From Chiloscyllium plagiosum (Eukaryota): DNA of 64,000 nucleotides. The first letter of the stretch is position 1. The number at the start of each line of letters is the position of its first letter. The notes under the pieces were generated by a model. That model saw only the letters and a list, made by a program, of their open reading frames with translations, did not search any database and was not told the DNA's origin. The position numbers and the translations under genes are program-made. Location: assembly GCF_004010195.1 (NCBI RefSeq), contig NC_057718.1, positions 52,913,709-52,977,708 on the forward strand, read 5' to 3'. This document shows positions 1 to 12,066 of the stretch, in pieces.

Positions 1-195
1 AAACTGACAACCGGAAGCGGCAGGGACAGACAACTATAAACACCGGAGGAAACATCAAAGAAGCGCTTCGCAGGAGGCTCCCAAGCACTGATGATGTCGC
101 CTAGCCAGGGGACGAAACGTTTGCAACAAAAACTTCCAGCTCGGCGAACAGAACCACAACAACGAGCACCCGAGCTACAAATCTTCGCACAAACA
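1..195 (+). mobile_element. 3'-terminal (pseudo-LTR) fragment of a Penelope-like element carrying a hammerhead motif
   Basis: CTGATGA (88-94), stem-loop GTCGCC-TAGCCA-GGGGAC, then GAAACGTT. CpG-rich, and abuts a second PLE. Confidence 0.7.
85..124 (+). ncRNA. Minimal type I hammerhead ribozyme (PLE-type)
   Basis: gca-CTGATGA-t-stem II (gtcgcc/ggggac, one G-G mismatch)-GAAA-CGTT^tgc. 3-bp stem I gca/tgc and palindromic ACGT stem III. Confidence 0.8.
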
Positions 196-219
196 GGGAA
201 CATTCCTGTCTGCTGATTA

Positions 220-3200
220 TTGTGCTGTGTCCATTCAGCTGTAAAATCTTCCTTACTGTCCTGTCTTGACACCATCACCTTGATAACTTGTTATGATCAC
301 GCTACCTTAATTAGTTTGTACAGTTTTGGATTACTTGTTACTTTGGTTAGACCCTTGGCATGCAACTCTGATACATATCATGTTTTTCCAACCACTTGGT
401 TTGTCTCCAGCACCACCTTATTTTTATTTTTTTTTGTAATTATCTCTATGCCTCATTTAATTGGATTACAGGTCATCACATCACTTGTTACTCAGCTGTT
501 GACAATTTACTCACACTGTCTGACACTCTTGATCACCTGCAGAGACTTATTATTCAGCCTGTCACCGCTCCACTCATACCGTTGCTATAGTGTTTTGGTC
601 TCTCTGCTGAAACTGTCAGTCAAAAGTGGAGAGGATCTCCGAAAAGATTGCACGTATCAACACAGACATCAAATTTCTGAAAAGATGCAAGAAAGCAGAG
701 AAGATCCAGAAAGGAAGACAGATCATGAACCCACTCAACTTGACAAACAGCATAGACTACGCTGAGAGACTCTGCCATGGTACCTCTCGCAAACTCCTAA
801 ACTATCTCACACACCAGCTCTACAGCAGAAGCTGCAATTTTAAAATAAAGATAGAGTCCATATTCTCAGTTTGAGCTCAAGATACTACCATCCAGCTATG
901 AGACACTGTCAATCAGACAAAGCAACAGAACAATGCCACCTACATGCAGAACAAGAACAGGAAATTGAAGAAACTTGGCATCACCACCAGCAGTAATCAA
1001 GCCTCCCTGATACCACGGTTGAAACAGGTACCACCACTGGAAACCTATTGTCAACTCATCTGACCACACCCTGTAACCAGATAAAATCAAAGTTCTCAGC
1101 TGAGGGCTCAATTTCCACGCCACTACCAAAATAGACCCTATTGGTAATGCAGCAGACCCAGGGGACTTTATTAGGAAAATGAAGCAGTGGGAATTCTCCC
1201 GCAAACCCGAGGATGTCAGCAGCGAGCCCATTGAGACAACAAATGAACAGGAAACGCCGACAGATAGATCTGCAATGCAGCGACCAAAGAAGAAAGAGTC
1301 GAATTGGGCCCCTCCAGAAGGCCACTGCCCTACGCTCGACATGCACGCTCAAATCGTCAGGAGATAACACCAGATTCATCAGTGTCACTCAAGTGCAATA
1401 TAATGCCGTCCATGCTTTTAAAACCAATCGCAATGTCGCCATCAAACCAGCAGACAAAGTAGGAGCCATCATCATACAGAATAGAACAGACTACCACTAT
1501 CAGATGTACCAACAACTGATCAACCAGGAACATTACAGAAAGTTACCTGCCAATTTGACCAAAGAACACACCCGTGAACCCAACAGACTGATCAAGATCC
1601 TTGATCCAGACCTTCAGAGTAACCTATGCGCTCTCATCCTGCGTACATCTTGCATAGGAGACTTCTACTGCCTCCCAAAGATTCACAAAGACAACACACC
1701 TGGACATCCCATCATATCAGGCAATGAAACCCTGTGAGAGAATCTCTCTGGCTATGTCGAGGGCATTTTGAAATCCATAGTACAGGGAATTCCCCAGCTT
1801 CTGTCACAACACAAGAGAATTCTTACAGAAACTCAGCACCCACAGACCAGTCAAACAAAGAACATTCCTTGTCACAATGAGTGTTTCAGCACTGTACACC
1901 AGCATCCTGTATGATGGCAACATCACTGCAGCAGCCTGAGTACTCAACACCAACAGCTGTCAATCCCCAGGCACCATCCTACAACCCATCTGTTTCATCC
2001 TCAACCACAATGTCTTCACCTTCAGCAACCAGTTCTTCATGTAGACACACGGAACAGCCATGGGAATCAAAGTTGCACCTCAATACGCCAACATTTTCAA
2101 CCACAAGTTCAAGAAAGACTTCTTTGCTGCACAGGACCTCTCACAAATGCTATACGCCAGATACATCAATGACTTTTCTTCCTTTGGACTCATGGCGAGA
2201 AATCACCGAAACAACCATATAGTGATATCAACAAGTTTCGTCCCACCATCAGACTTACCATGAACTTCTCTTCAGAATAAGTTTCATTCTTGGACATGCA
2301 CATCTCCATCAGAGACAGATTCTTCAGTACCTCACTCCCCTGCAAGCCCACGGATAACCTCATGATGCTGCATTTCTCTAGATTCCATCCTAAATGCATT
2401 AAAGACGCCATCCCCTACAGACAAGCCCTGCGCATACCTGCGCATACACAGGATCTGCTCAGATGAGGAGGAACATGATGGACAGCTAAAAGTTTTGGAT
2501 GACGCCTTCATAAGAACAGGATATGATGCTCAATCCATCGATCGTGAGTTCTGATGTGTCACAGCAAAAAGCCGCAACGACCTTCTCAGAAGACAGACAC
2601 AGGATCGGACCGATAGAGTGCCCTTTGTCGTCCAGTACTTCGCCAGAGTGGAGAAACTGTGCCATGTTCTTCACACCCTTCAATGTGCCATCGATGATGG
2701 TGAGCATCTCGCCAAGATCTTCCCTATGTCTCCACATCTCATCTTCAAGCAATTGCCAAATCATAAACAGACCATTGTTACAAGTAACTACCCAGTCTTC
2801 AGCACAACATCATACACAATACCACCCAACCCTGCCACGGCAACTTCTGCAGGACATGTCAAATCATAAAATTAGATACTAAGATCACACATGGGGACAC
2901 CACCCACCACGGCAGATACTCATGTGACTCAACCAGTGTTGTCCACCTCATACATTGTGCAGGCAAGGATGCCCCGAGGCGTGCTATATTGGCAAGACCA
3001 TATGTAAACACTACAACAAAGGGTAGATGGACACCGCGTAACAATTGCCAGACTAGAACGTTCCCTCCTGGTCAGGGAACACCGCAGCTGTCAAGGACAT
3101 TTAGCCTCTGATCTTTGGGTAAGCTTCCTCCAAGGCAGACTTCATGATACACAACAGCACAGAATCGCCAAGCAGAAACTGATAGCCAAGTTCCACACCC

Positions 3201-3780
3201 ATGAAAATGGTCTCAACCGTGATCTTGCATTCATGTCGCCTTACATGTGATCCCGCCACACTGTTGTGTATTTTTAAAATCCTCTTTGCTTCCCTGTTTT
3301 GACAGCGTCACCATGATAAATTGTTATGATCTCTCTCCCTTAATGAGCTTTTACAGTTTTGGATAGCCTTGATTAGACGCTCAACATGTGATTCTTATAC
3401 CTATCATGTTATTCCAGTCATTTGGTTACCACCTTATTTTTAATTTTTTGCAATTATCTCTCTGCCTCATTTAATCGGATTATAGGTTATCTCTTCACTT
3501 ACTATTCAGCTGCTGACACTTTACTCATACCGTCTGTCACTCTTGACCACTTGCAGAGACCTAGTTTTCAGCCTGTTGTCATTCCACTTCCACCATTTAT
3601 GTGATATTTGATCTCTATGCCCATTGATCTCTCTGCCTATAAATTCTCTGTCTGTGTACTTCTCTCTCATTTTACTCTGAAAGTATGTGATTTCAAATAA
3701 ATGTGTTGAACTATAACCTGATGTCGCATGACTTCTGACCTTGTCCATCCCAGTCCAACACCGGCATCTCCACATCATGA
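220..3780 (+). mobile_element. Near full-length, decayed Penelope-like retroelement (RT + GIY-YIG endonuclease) with terminal direct repeats
   Basis: Fragmented ORF from about 610 to 3250 contains IKPADKVGAIII, FYCLPKIHKDNTPGHPIISG, MGIKVAPQYANIF and YARYINDF (RYIDD-like). The C-terminal region is homologous to the GIY-YIG element at 14206-14592. About 240-600 is repeated, diverged, at about 3270-3620. Confidence 0.92.
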
Positions 3781-3859
3781 CCTTCCGAGATGGCCTGGCC
3801 GACTATTCAGTTTAAATAATCTCTAGAAAATATCAAAGAAGGATTGAAACCAGATAGAT

Positions 3860-4856
3860 TGGCTGGTATTGACTAAGGCACTGGAAATGACAATGGTAAA
3901 CACAATTCTGTCAACCCTGCAAAGTCCTCCTTACTAACATCTAGCAGCTAGTACTGAAATTGGAACAGCTATCACACTGATTATTCAAGTGACAGCCCAC
4001 ACAGTCATACTCAGCAATCGTACCTTACAGACAATATCCCAGGTACCACCATCCCCAGACATGCCTTGTCCACCACCAGGACAGACACAGAAGAGGTGAT
4101 GGCACAGTGGTATACAGTCTGGTGGGAGTTACTCAAAGTGTCACCAACATTGACATAGCTGCTCCACTGGGTCTGCAGCAGGTGGTTAAAGCATCAACAA
4201 GAGGGAGAAGTGTACATGACCATATCCTTACCAATCGGCCTGCCACAGATGCATCGTCTATCACAGTATTGGTAAGAGCGACCACCATGGGATCCTTGGA
4301 GAAACAACGTCACATTTTCACATTGAGAATAGCCTCCATCATCCCATCTATAAGGCATAAGTCAGGCATGTGGTGGAATATATCACACTTGTTTGGATGA
4401 ATGCAGTTCCAACAATATCCAATAAACTTCACACCATCCAGAACAAAGTGGTCCTCTTGATAGGTTACTGGATGTGGTGCCAATACTCAGTTGCAGCAGT
4501 GTATACCATCTAAAAGATGCATTGCAAAAATACTCCAAAGCTGCTTAGATAGCACCTTCCAAATCCACGGGCACAAATGTCTGGGAATGATAAGGGCAGC
4601 AAATGCAGTGAGCACAAATACAGCTTGCATACTGCCCTCCAGGTCAGTCCCCATACTAACTCAGAAATATATTGCTGTTCCTTTACAGTTTCTGGGTCAA
4701 TTCATGGAATTGTCTCCCTATTGGAGTCATGGATGGATGCATATCAAATAGTTTATAGTAGTTGAAAAAGACAGTTCACTTTCTCAAGGGCAACAAGTGG
4801 TGGTCAATAATTGCTTGCCCAACCAGCAATGCCCATATCCCAAGAATCAATAAAAA
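3860..4856 (+). mobile_element. Internally deleted CR1/L2-type non-LTR remnant (AP-endonuclease pieces plus 3' end)
   Basis: Degraded endonuclease motifs (D.ILTN...IGKSDH near 4218-4285) and a 3' tail ending ...cccatatcccaagaatcaataaaaa. Related pieces occur at about 60170-60400, 43510-43570 and 33540-33620. Confidence 0.55.
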
Positions 4857-5284
4857 TTATCAAGGACTGCCTGATTCCCCACTGGTTCTTTTTTTTTAAA
4901 TTCACATTTTGGCATTGTTCTGTCAGAATTGACAATTTGGTGCAAAGGAACCTTCTTTACCCTCAGTTAAAAATATGGTGAAGTTCAACCTATCTGGTAA
5001 TCTGCACTGGTATGAAAGCCTTTTTGGAGTATATGAATTCTGACAGAGTTTCATCTATCACCCTTACTACAATCAGCTCATCTCTGAATGCTCCATATTG
5101 GCAATTATCAGCAATGCAGTATATATCTTTCAGGAAAGAATCAAAGTTTTCTCTAGTTCCAGCCTGGACTGATTGAAATTCACTATTCTATTATCGGGCT
5201 GCTCCACAAACTAAAATAACAATCAAAGGCTTTGCTGATGTTTTTGTACTTGGTCATTTATTCTAAAATCCCTTGTATATTCAG

Positions 5285-5994
5285 AAAAGTATCAGTACAG
5301 CTGCGAAGTGCATTCAACTGTACGCTGACAATGTCTTGGTTGGGCACTTTCGTGAGCCCAGAGAAAGATTTGTATCAATTAAGGCGGTGGCAACGATTGA
5401 CCCAGTATGTGGCTTGGTCAAGGCGATCGATATGGTTCCCCGGGTTGGAATACATTGCTCTATTCCCTTCTCGTCATCTGTTGTGGGGGGTCTGGCATTG
5501 ATTAGTTGTTCTGATTATTGCTGTGGCCACTTTCTTCAGTGTGCTCTGTTGGGTTTTTCACTTTCCAACCCTGTATCAGCATTGGTCAGAATCCACAGTA
5601 AACAGTTCACAGATCCCTTTAGATTAGATTACTTACCGTGTGGAAACAGGCCCTTCGGCCCAACAAGTCCACACCGACCCGCCGAAGCGCAACCCACCCA
5701 TACCCCTACATTTACCCCTTACCTAACGCTACGGGCAATTTAGCATGGCCAATTCACCTGACCTGCACATCTTTGGACTGTGGGAGGAAACCGGAGCACC
5801 CGGAGGAAACCCACGCAGATGCGGGGAGAACGTGCAAACTCCACACAGTCAGTCGCCTGAGGCAGGAATTGAACCCGGGTCTCTGGCGCTGTGAGGCAGC
5901 AGTGCTAACCACTGTGCCACCGTGCCGCCAAATATCACAACAGGCTTCTGGATATTTTGGGTCCATGTCTGGCTTTATTTAAGAACTGGAAACA
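5285..5994 (+). pseudogene. Disrupted exon encoding S1-S2 helices of a CNBD-type (CNG/HCN/KCNH-like) ion channel
   Basis: Acceptor ...tgtatattcAG (5283-84) and donor GTAAGC (5995). Removing the SINE at 5621-5929 gives one frame: ...IALFPSRHLLWGVWH*LVVLIIAVATFFSVLCWVFHFP...QIPLNITTGFWIFWVHVWLYLRTGN. This resembles the S1 P...W motif and the S2-end FRTG motif. One TGA lies at 5499-5501. Confidence 0.6.
5621..5929 (-). mobile_element. tRNA-derived V-SINE (HE1-type), full length, young
   Basis: On the minus strand: A box TGGCACAGTGG, B box GGTTCAATTCC, V-domain core gtctgcgtgggtttcctccgggtgctccggtttcctcccac-like, and (TCTAA)n tail. Near identical to 28520-28832. Confidence 0.95.
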
Positions 5995-6154
5995 GTAAGC
6001 CAATTTTCAAGGTAGGGCAGATCCTTCAGATGTGTGGAGCTGTGTTTTCATATGACAGCCCTTTCATATCACACAAATAAGGCATAAGTCACACAAACAT
6101 ACAAACAATGAACAAGAATAATGAACAATGAGCCTGCTCCAGCATTCTATGAAA

Positions 6155-6935
6155 TGAATTGAATTTAATTGAATTTATTGTCACGTGTATTGAGGCACAG
6201 TGAAAAGCTTTGTCTTGTCAGCAATACAGGCAGTTCACAGAGTTAAGATTAGATTAGATTAGATTAGATTAGATTACTTACAGTGTGGAAACAGACCCTT
6301 CGGCCCAACAAGTCCACACCGACCCGCCGAAGCGTAACCCACCCATTCCCCTACATTTACCCCTTTACCTAACACTACGGGCAATTTAGCATGGCCAATT
6401 CACCTGACCTGCACATCTTTGGACTGTGGGAGGAAACCGGAGCACCCGGAGGAAACCCACGCAGACACGGGGAGAATGTGCAAACTCCACACAGTCGCCT
6501 GAGGCGGGAATTGAACCTGGGTCTCTGGCGCTGTGAGGCAGCAGTGCTAACCACTGTGCCACCGTGCCTAGTAGCATAGGTAAATAAATATGAGGTAAAC
6601 AGCAGCAAAAACAAAAACACAGGTACAGGCGAATATTAAGAGTTTGTGAGTCCATTCAGTAGTCTAACAACAGTCAGGTAGAAATTGTTTTGAAACCGCT
6701 GGTGCATTTGTTCAGGCTTCTGTGCCTTCTCCCTGCTGGTAGAGGTTGGAGAAAAACATCGCCAGGATGGGATGAATCATTAAGAATGCTGGCACCCTCT
6801 CCTTGACAATGGGCCTGCTGGATGGATTCTATAGACGGGTTGTTGGCCTTTGTGATTGTCCAGGCCGAGTTCACCACTTTCTGTAACTGTCTCCGATTTT
6901 GAATGGTACAGTTGCCATACTATGTAGTGATACAT
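6155..6935 (-). mobile_element. 3' fragment of a Rex1/Babar LINE, interrupted by a SINE
   Basis: ORF 6674-6877 reads ...ILNDSSHPGDVFLQPLPAGRRHRSL, the typical D.SHP...LPSG.R.RS C-terminus. Tail is gtgacaataaattcaatt with (ttcaa)-type repeats. Confidence 0.8.
6247..6568 (-). mobile_element. HE1-type V-SINE nested in the Rex1/Babar fragment
   Basis: Same A/B boxes, core and (TCTAA)n tail as 5621-5929. Confidence 0.95.
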
Positions 6936-7667
6936 CTCATGACTAATTAACTTCAACTCTACATTCCTGTATATCCCTAATAATCTTTCATCCCCTGAAA
7001 TCATAAATCTATCTAACTCTGTATAAAAGCATCGAAAGATTCTGCATCCACTGCCTTTTGAGGAAGGGAATTCCAAAGACCCACAAACCATCTGAGAGAA
7101 AGAAATATTTCCTCATCTCTGTCTTAAATGGGCAATCACTTCTTTTTAGATTATGACCCCCAGTTCTAGGTTGTCCCGCAAGAGGAAACATCCTTTCCAC
7201 ATCTATCTGGTCAAGTTTCCTCAGGAAATATGTTTCAATTAAGTCACCTCAGACTTTTGTAAACTCCAGGGGATATGGGTTTAGTCTGTCAACTTTCCTC
7301 ATCTATCAATGAGTTCATCCCAGGTGTTAGTTCAGTAAACTTTCTCCAAACTGCTTCCAATGCATTTACATTTTTTCTGTAAGTAACCAAATGCAGTTTC
7401 ACTAATGTCCAGCATGACTGAAGCATAATCCCCCTACTCTTAATTCAACTCCCCTCCCACTAAAACATAACGTTCGACTCGCTTTCCTGACTTCTTGCTC
7501 AATCTACATATTAACATTCTGTGATTCATGCACCAGGATGCTCAAATAGATCTTTCTGCATCTTAGAGCCTTGCAACTTCTCACTTTTAGATTTTTTTAA
7601 AAAATTATTTCTGCCAAAATGGACAACTCCCCATTTCTCATATTGTACTTCATTATTACCCACTTAA

Positions 7668-8005
7668 GAATCCCTACAGTATGGAAACAGGCCCTTCAGC
7701 CCAACAAGTCCACTCTGACCCTCTGAAGAGTAACCTATGCAAAACCATTCCCCATTAGTTCATATTTACCCCTGATTAATGCACCTAACCTAATCATCCC
7801 TGAATACTGTGGGACAATTTAACACGGCCAATTCACCAAAGCTACACATCTTTGGATTGTGGGAGGAAATCGGAGCATCTGAAGGAAACCCACGCAGACA
7901 CAGGGAGAATGTGCAGACTCCACAAAGACACGCCACCCGAAGCTAGAATTGAACCCCGGTTCCTGGCATTGTGAGGAAGCAGTGCTAACCACTCAGCCAC
8001 CATGC
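7668..8005 (-). mobile_element. Older, diverged HE1-type V-SINE
   Basis: Recognisable A/B boxes and V-domain core with many substitutions. Confidence 0.85.
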
Positions 8006-8214
8006 CAATTAACGTATCTCTATCCCATTGTAGGTCTTTGCACCTTCTTCCCAACTCAGTCTTCATGTCATTAGCAAATTTAGCTACCATATCTTCAGTT
8101 CTTCAACCAAATCTTTTAATATAAGTTGTAAATAGTTGAGGCCCAAGACTAACCCCTGTGGCACATCACAGGACATCCTGCTAGCTAGAAAAAGACCCAG
8201 TTATTCCTATCCAT

Positions 8215-8372
8215 ATTTAAAAGGCAACTGAGTAGGTACATGAATAGGAAGTGTTTAGAGGGATATGGGCCACATTCTGGCAATTGGGACTAGATTAATT
8301 TAGGTTAGCTGGCTGACATGGATGAGTTGGGCCATAGGGTCTGTTCCATGCTATACAATCTTATGACTCTAC
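8215..8372 (+). mobile_element. CR1 3'-end fragment
   Basis: catttaaaagg...gagggatatgggcca...gggccatagggtctgttccatgctatac...tatgactcta matches the reverse complement of the CR1 3' end at 62370-62530. Confidence 0.7.
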
Positions 8373-9182
8373 GACCCTGCTTCCTGTTGCCCATCTGATC
8401 TTTTATTGATGCTAATATGTTACTATGAGCTACTATGAGCTGTTAGTTTCCACAGTAAACCTTGATGCTTTGCATCATTAATTGCCTTCTGGAAATCAAC
8501 ATACATTATATCTATTGTTTCCTCTATATCCACAGCTGAAACTACTTTGAGGAACTAAACCAGCTCAGTTAAACATGATTTTCCCTGCACAAAACCAGGC
8601 TTTGCCTGAGTACCTTAAACCTATCACTGTTATAACATCTTTATTAATAACCTCTACCATTTTCCTTATGACAGATATTAACTGACTTGTAGTTTTCTGC
8701 TTCCTGCTCCCTCCCTTTTGAATTAAGAAGTTACATTAGCTTCTTTTTCTGATTTAGAGGAGCATCCCCTAAATCTAATGTATTTTGGAAAATTAAAATT
8801 AGTGCTTCAGGTATCTCACTGGTTGCTTCTTTTAAGATGTCAAATGAAAACCATCAAGACCTACGAACTTGCCAACTCACAGTTTCAGTAACTTATGCAG
8901 TATTGCTTCCCTGGTAATGGCAATTTTCTTGAGTTCCTCCCTCCCTTTCAATTTCTGATTTCCAGGTATTTTATAGGATGTTACTTTTACCCTCTGTCAT
9001 GAAGACTATTTTCCACATTTCCAAACCACTTTTGACAAAAAGCTTTCCTTTGCCCCTACAAGTTCACCTTGCATCCTTCTCACCAATCAACACAAAGAGC
9101 TCCAGGACTACTTTCACCCAGATCTCTAATTGCCAGACAAACAATCCAGTTCCTGGATGTATGATACACGATTCCCCTGACT

Positions 9183-9544
9183 GCTGGTGATCGCTCAACT
9201 GGACAGACTATTGTCCACTCTGTAGTGAAGCAGTAGTCCAGGCTGTAGACAGATATATCTCCTGACTGTGTTTGGCTCACAGTAGATGTTCTTTCAAGGC
9301 CAAGTGATTGGACTGTGACTGTGCTGGTGATCAACAGTCCTGAGATGTTCAGGGCTTGGGACTACTCTCAAAGACTTTCCGACAATTGGATGGTGAATAC
9401 TTGTGTAGTGTGCTTGCTTTAATTGTTATATTGATGTCTTATTGTGCCATGCAACATGCTTTATACCCATTGCCATACAGCAAGCTGTATCCCTACTGAC
9501 AAGCATGATGATCAGCCTATCTGTATATCTGCACAAAAGAGCAT
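9183..9544 (+). pseudogene. Decayed exon encoding S3-S4-S5 of a CNBD-type channel
   Basis: One frame from 9273 reads WLTVDVLSRPSDWTVTVLVINSPEMFRAWDYSQRLSDNWMVNTCVVCLL*LLY*, resembling the S3 motif D(V/L)LS..P.D and an S4-like segment. LLCHATCF in a shifted frame resembles the S5 motif H..AC. Possible donor gtaaat at about 9545. Confidence 0.55.
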
Positions 9545-9617
9545 GTAAATAGGATAGTGCTAATATCCTTCTGATTCTGGCTAAAGTGGCCACATTAACA
9601 GGCTGGAATGGAAATCA

Positions 9618-9795
9618 TGGTGGAGAGTGTGGTGCTGTAAAAGCACAGCAGGTCAGGCACCATCTGAGGAGCAGGATAATCGACGTTTAGAGCAAAAGCC
9701 CTTCAATCATTCCACACTTAAAGCCTGACTTGCTGTGTTTTTCTAGCACCTTACTCTCATCTCTGATCTCCAGCATCTGAAGCCTTCACCTTCCT
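9618..9795. mobile_element. Inverted pair of PLE-terminal (hammerhead-family) repeats with 14-bp TSD
   Basis: Minus copy at about 9619-9710 and plus partial copy at about 9720-9795. TGGAATGGAAATCA occurs at 9604-9617 and 9796-9809. Confidence 0.8.
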
Positions 9796-10189
9796 TGGAA
9801 TGGAAATCAACATAGGATAAGTATGCAGGTTTCCTGCAAGTATGCAGGAAACCCTGGTATGTTGCTGCAGTGCATCTTGTAGATGGTACACACTTCTTCC
9901 ACTGTACACGCAATGAAAGGAGTAAACTTGAAAGGGGTGGATTGACTGTTAATCAAACAAGCCACTTGGTGCTGGATGGTTTAGAGCTTCTTGAGTGTTG
10001 CTGGAGCTGCACTAATCCAGGCAAGTTGAGAAAATCCCATCACACTCTTGCTTTGTGAATGGTGATGGTGGGTAAATACTGGAGAGACAGATAGTGATTT
10101 ATTTGCCACAGAATTCCTAGCTTCTGACCTGTTTTTATTGCCATAATATTTATATAACTGGTTCTGTTTGATTTCTGGACAATGGTTCA

Positions 10190-10335
10190 ATTTGATTATT
10201 TATTGTTATGTGTATCTTGTTACAAAATACAGTGAAAAGTGTTGTATAGTGTCAACACTCTCTGGCACCATCTTAAAACACAGAAAAATAAACTAAAGCA
10301 CTGAATATAAAGGCAGAAAAATGAAAAAAAGAAGA
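10190..10335 (-). mobile_element. 3' end of a Rex/Babar-tailed repeat
   Basis: Clearly homologous to 60810-60960 (tttattg...ttgttacaaaatacagtgaa...aaaacacagaaaaataaa...taaaggcagaaaaatgaa). The extreme end resembles the Rex tail at 6170-6205. Confidence 0.6.
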
Positions 10336-10654
10336 AATGATAAACCCATGGTGCTGACAGTTGGCGATTCAGTGATGACATTACCATTAAACAGCAAGAG
10401 AAGATTGTTAAGATTCTTGCTTTTTGGAGATGTTCTTTTAGGCACTTATGTGGTGCAAATGTTATTAGCCACATATCTCAAGACTGCATGTTGCCCAGGT
10501 CTTGTTGCTTATGGACACAGGCTGTTCAGTATCCGAGGTGTGTCAAATACTGCTGGGCATTGTGAAATCACCAGTACACATGTTCCTGTCTGACTTTGTG
10601 ATGGAAGAAAGGTCATTGATGAAGCAGCAGTAGATAGGCAACACGTTTGATACC

Positions 10655-10945
10655 ACCTTTGGGTAACTGTCTGTATAGAGTGTGCACATTCTCTACCTGT
10701 CTGCGTGGGTTTTCTCCAGTGCTCCAATTTCCTCCCACATTCCAAGGATATACAGGTTAGATTAACTGACCATGCTAAATTGCCCTTAGAGTCCAGGGAT
10801 GTTCAGGCAAGGCGGATTAGCCATGGTAAATGCGGGGCTATAGGGACAGATGTAGGGGGGTGGGTCTGGGTTGGATGCTCTTCAGAAGATCAGTGTAGAC
10901 CCGCTGGGCCAAATGGCTTGCATCCTCACTATAAGGATTCAATGT
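10655..10945 (+). mobile_element. 5'-truncated diverged V-SINE
   Basis: V-domain core gtctgcgtgggttttctccagtgctccaatttcctcccac and a CR1-like tail. Confidence 0.8.
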
Positions 10946-12066
10946 CTAGGCCAACAACGTTGCCTTGAGGAATTCCTGCAATGAAGTTGTCGGACTCGAT
11001 GACCCCCCCAACAGCACGATAATCTTTTATTGTGCCAGATATTCCTCCAACCTGAAGTGAGTTTTCTTTTTAATTCCTATTGATCCAAATGGCCTACTGC
11101 AAATATTTTGTAGGTTCTTATGTTTTTTAAACACTGCTTCAAATTTATAGGAATAAATATGAACAACAAGGTAACAATAATATTGTGTTTAAAAACAGAT
11201 ATATTCCAATTCTGTGCTTTACATTTTCAGATGTACAAGTTCAAATTCAGTCCACAGTTGTTTAATTAAGGTCACTTCCAGTATATTACTGATATTATTC
11301 AATAGAGCTGTAAAATTTTGCTTGTTTCATTCCCAATTTAATGAACTGTACATAATAAGATTATTTCTATCCACCAATAAGATTCCATAACAGTTCACGT
11401 TCAATTTTGTTTAAAGCTAATTTATTCCAGAAGTATCTGAATGAGATTGCACAGAAGATGTTGAAATTTAATTCTCCTTACAAGGAATGAGGTTATGGCT
11501 GTTCTATCAAATTGTAGCACACTTAAATTGGGAATGCTAATTGGCAGATCAATAGAGAAATTACTGTGTCAGTAAACTTTCATTCAACACACAGTGTTAA
11601 AGACTCTTTGCTAGTTACTGAATTCCCAAATGAGTGTTATTCTATTGTGATACCGGAATGTAGTCCACAGATATTGTGACTTTCCATGCAGGAGACAGAC
11701 ATCAACCATTAACCTCTTCGCCTTGGATAATTTATATGTCTTAATTCTGTACAGTCACTGTATGTCTGAAAAGCATAATTATAAAATTGCATTGTGCTCA
11801 TAGGTTTCTAAGTGACACAAAACATGAGACAATTACCCATTTTAGAATCAATCCCACTGTTATTGTGGGTACTTAGCTATTACTCAGAAATATCAACTTA
11901 ACAGCTTTATTTCTCTGGAGACTGTCAATTAAAGAAAATATAGATAAACATGAAACATCAATTTTTCTTGAATAATAATTTACCACACAGATTAATATTT
12001 TGGACTTCAACTGAAAAATCTGTCCTCCTTAATTGTAAACCCTGGGTGAGATGGTTTAAGTTTCAG

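Larger units (their letters stand above)
6940..9000 (-). mobile_element. Degraded CR1-type LINE (RT to 3' region) with nested insertions
   Basis: ORF 7009-7200 reads MFPLAGQPRTGGHNLK (CR1 C-terminal TRGH motif). Antisense RT motifs include KFAND near 8070-8090 and DFQKAI near 8480-8500. Confidence 0.85.
9850..11085 (-). mobile_element. Fragments of the same non-LTR family as 3860-4856, with nested insertions
   Basis: 9860-10030 is the diverged reverse complement of about 4380-4530 (gcagtgcatcttgtagatggtacacac; tggatggtttagagcttcttgagtgttgctggagctgc). Confidence 0.5.

Noticed and set aside
4928..5135. Additional upstream exon of the channel pseudogene
   Set aside because: It has an AG acceptor and coding-like fragments (ESLFGVYEF*...SECSILAII), but the motif similarity is too weak to call.
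5499..5501. In-frame TGA as selenocysteine or readthrough
   Set aside because: The same exon is broken by a SINE and neighbouring exons carry many stops and frameshifts. No SECIS was identified, so a nonsense mutation is simpler.
5638..5982. ORF MWKQALRPNK... (also 28483-28812)
   Set aside because: Antisense translation of the SINE.
11491..11499. GGTTATGGC (GYG) as the K+ selectivity filter
   Set aside because: The position between the S5 and S6 remnants is tempting, but the flanking residues (E*GYGCSIKL*) lack the T.(V/I)GYGD context. It cannot be supported.
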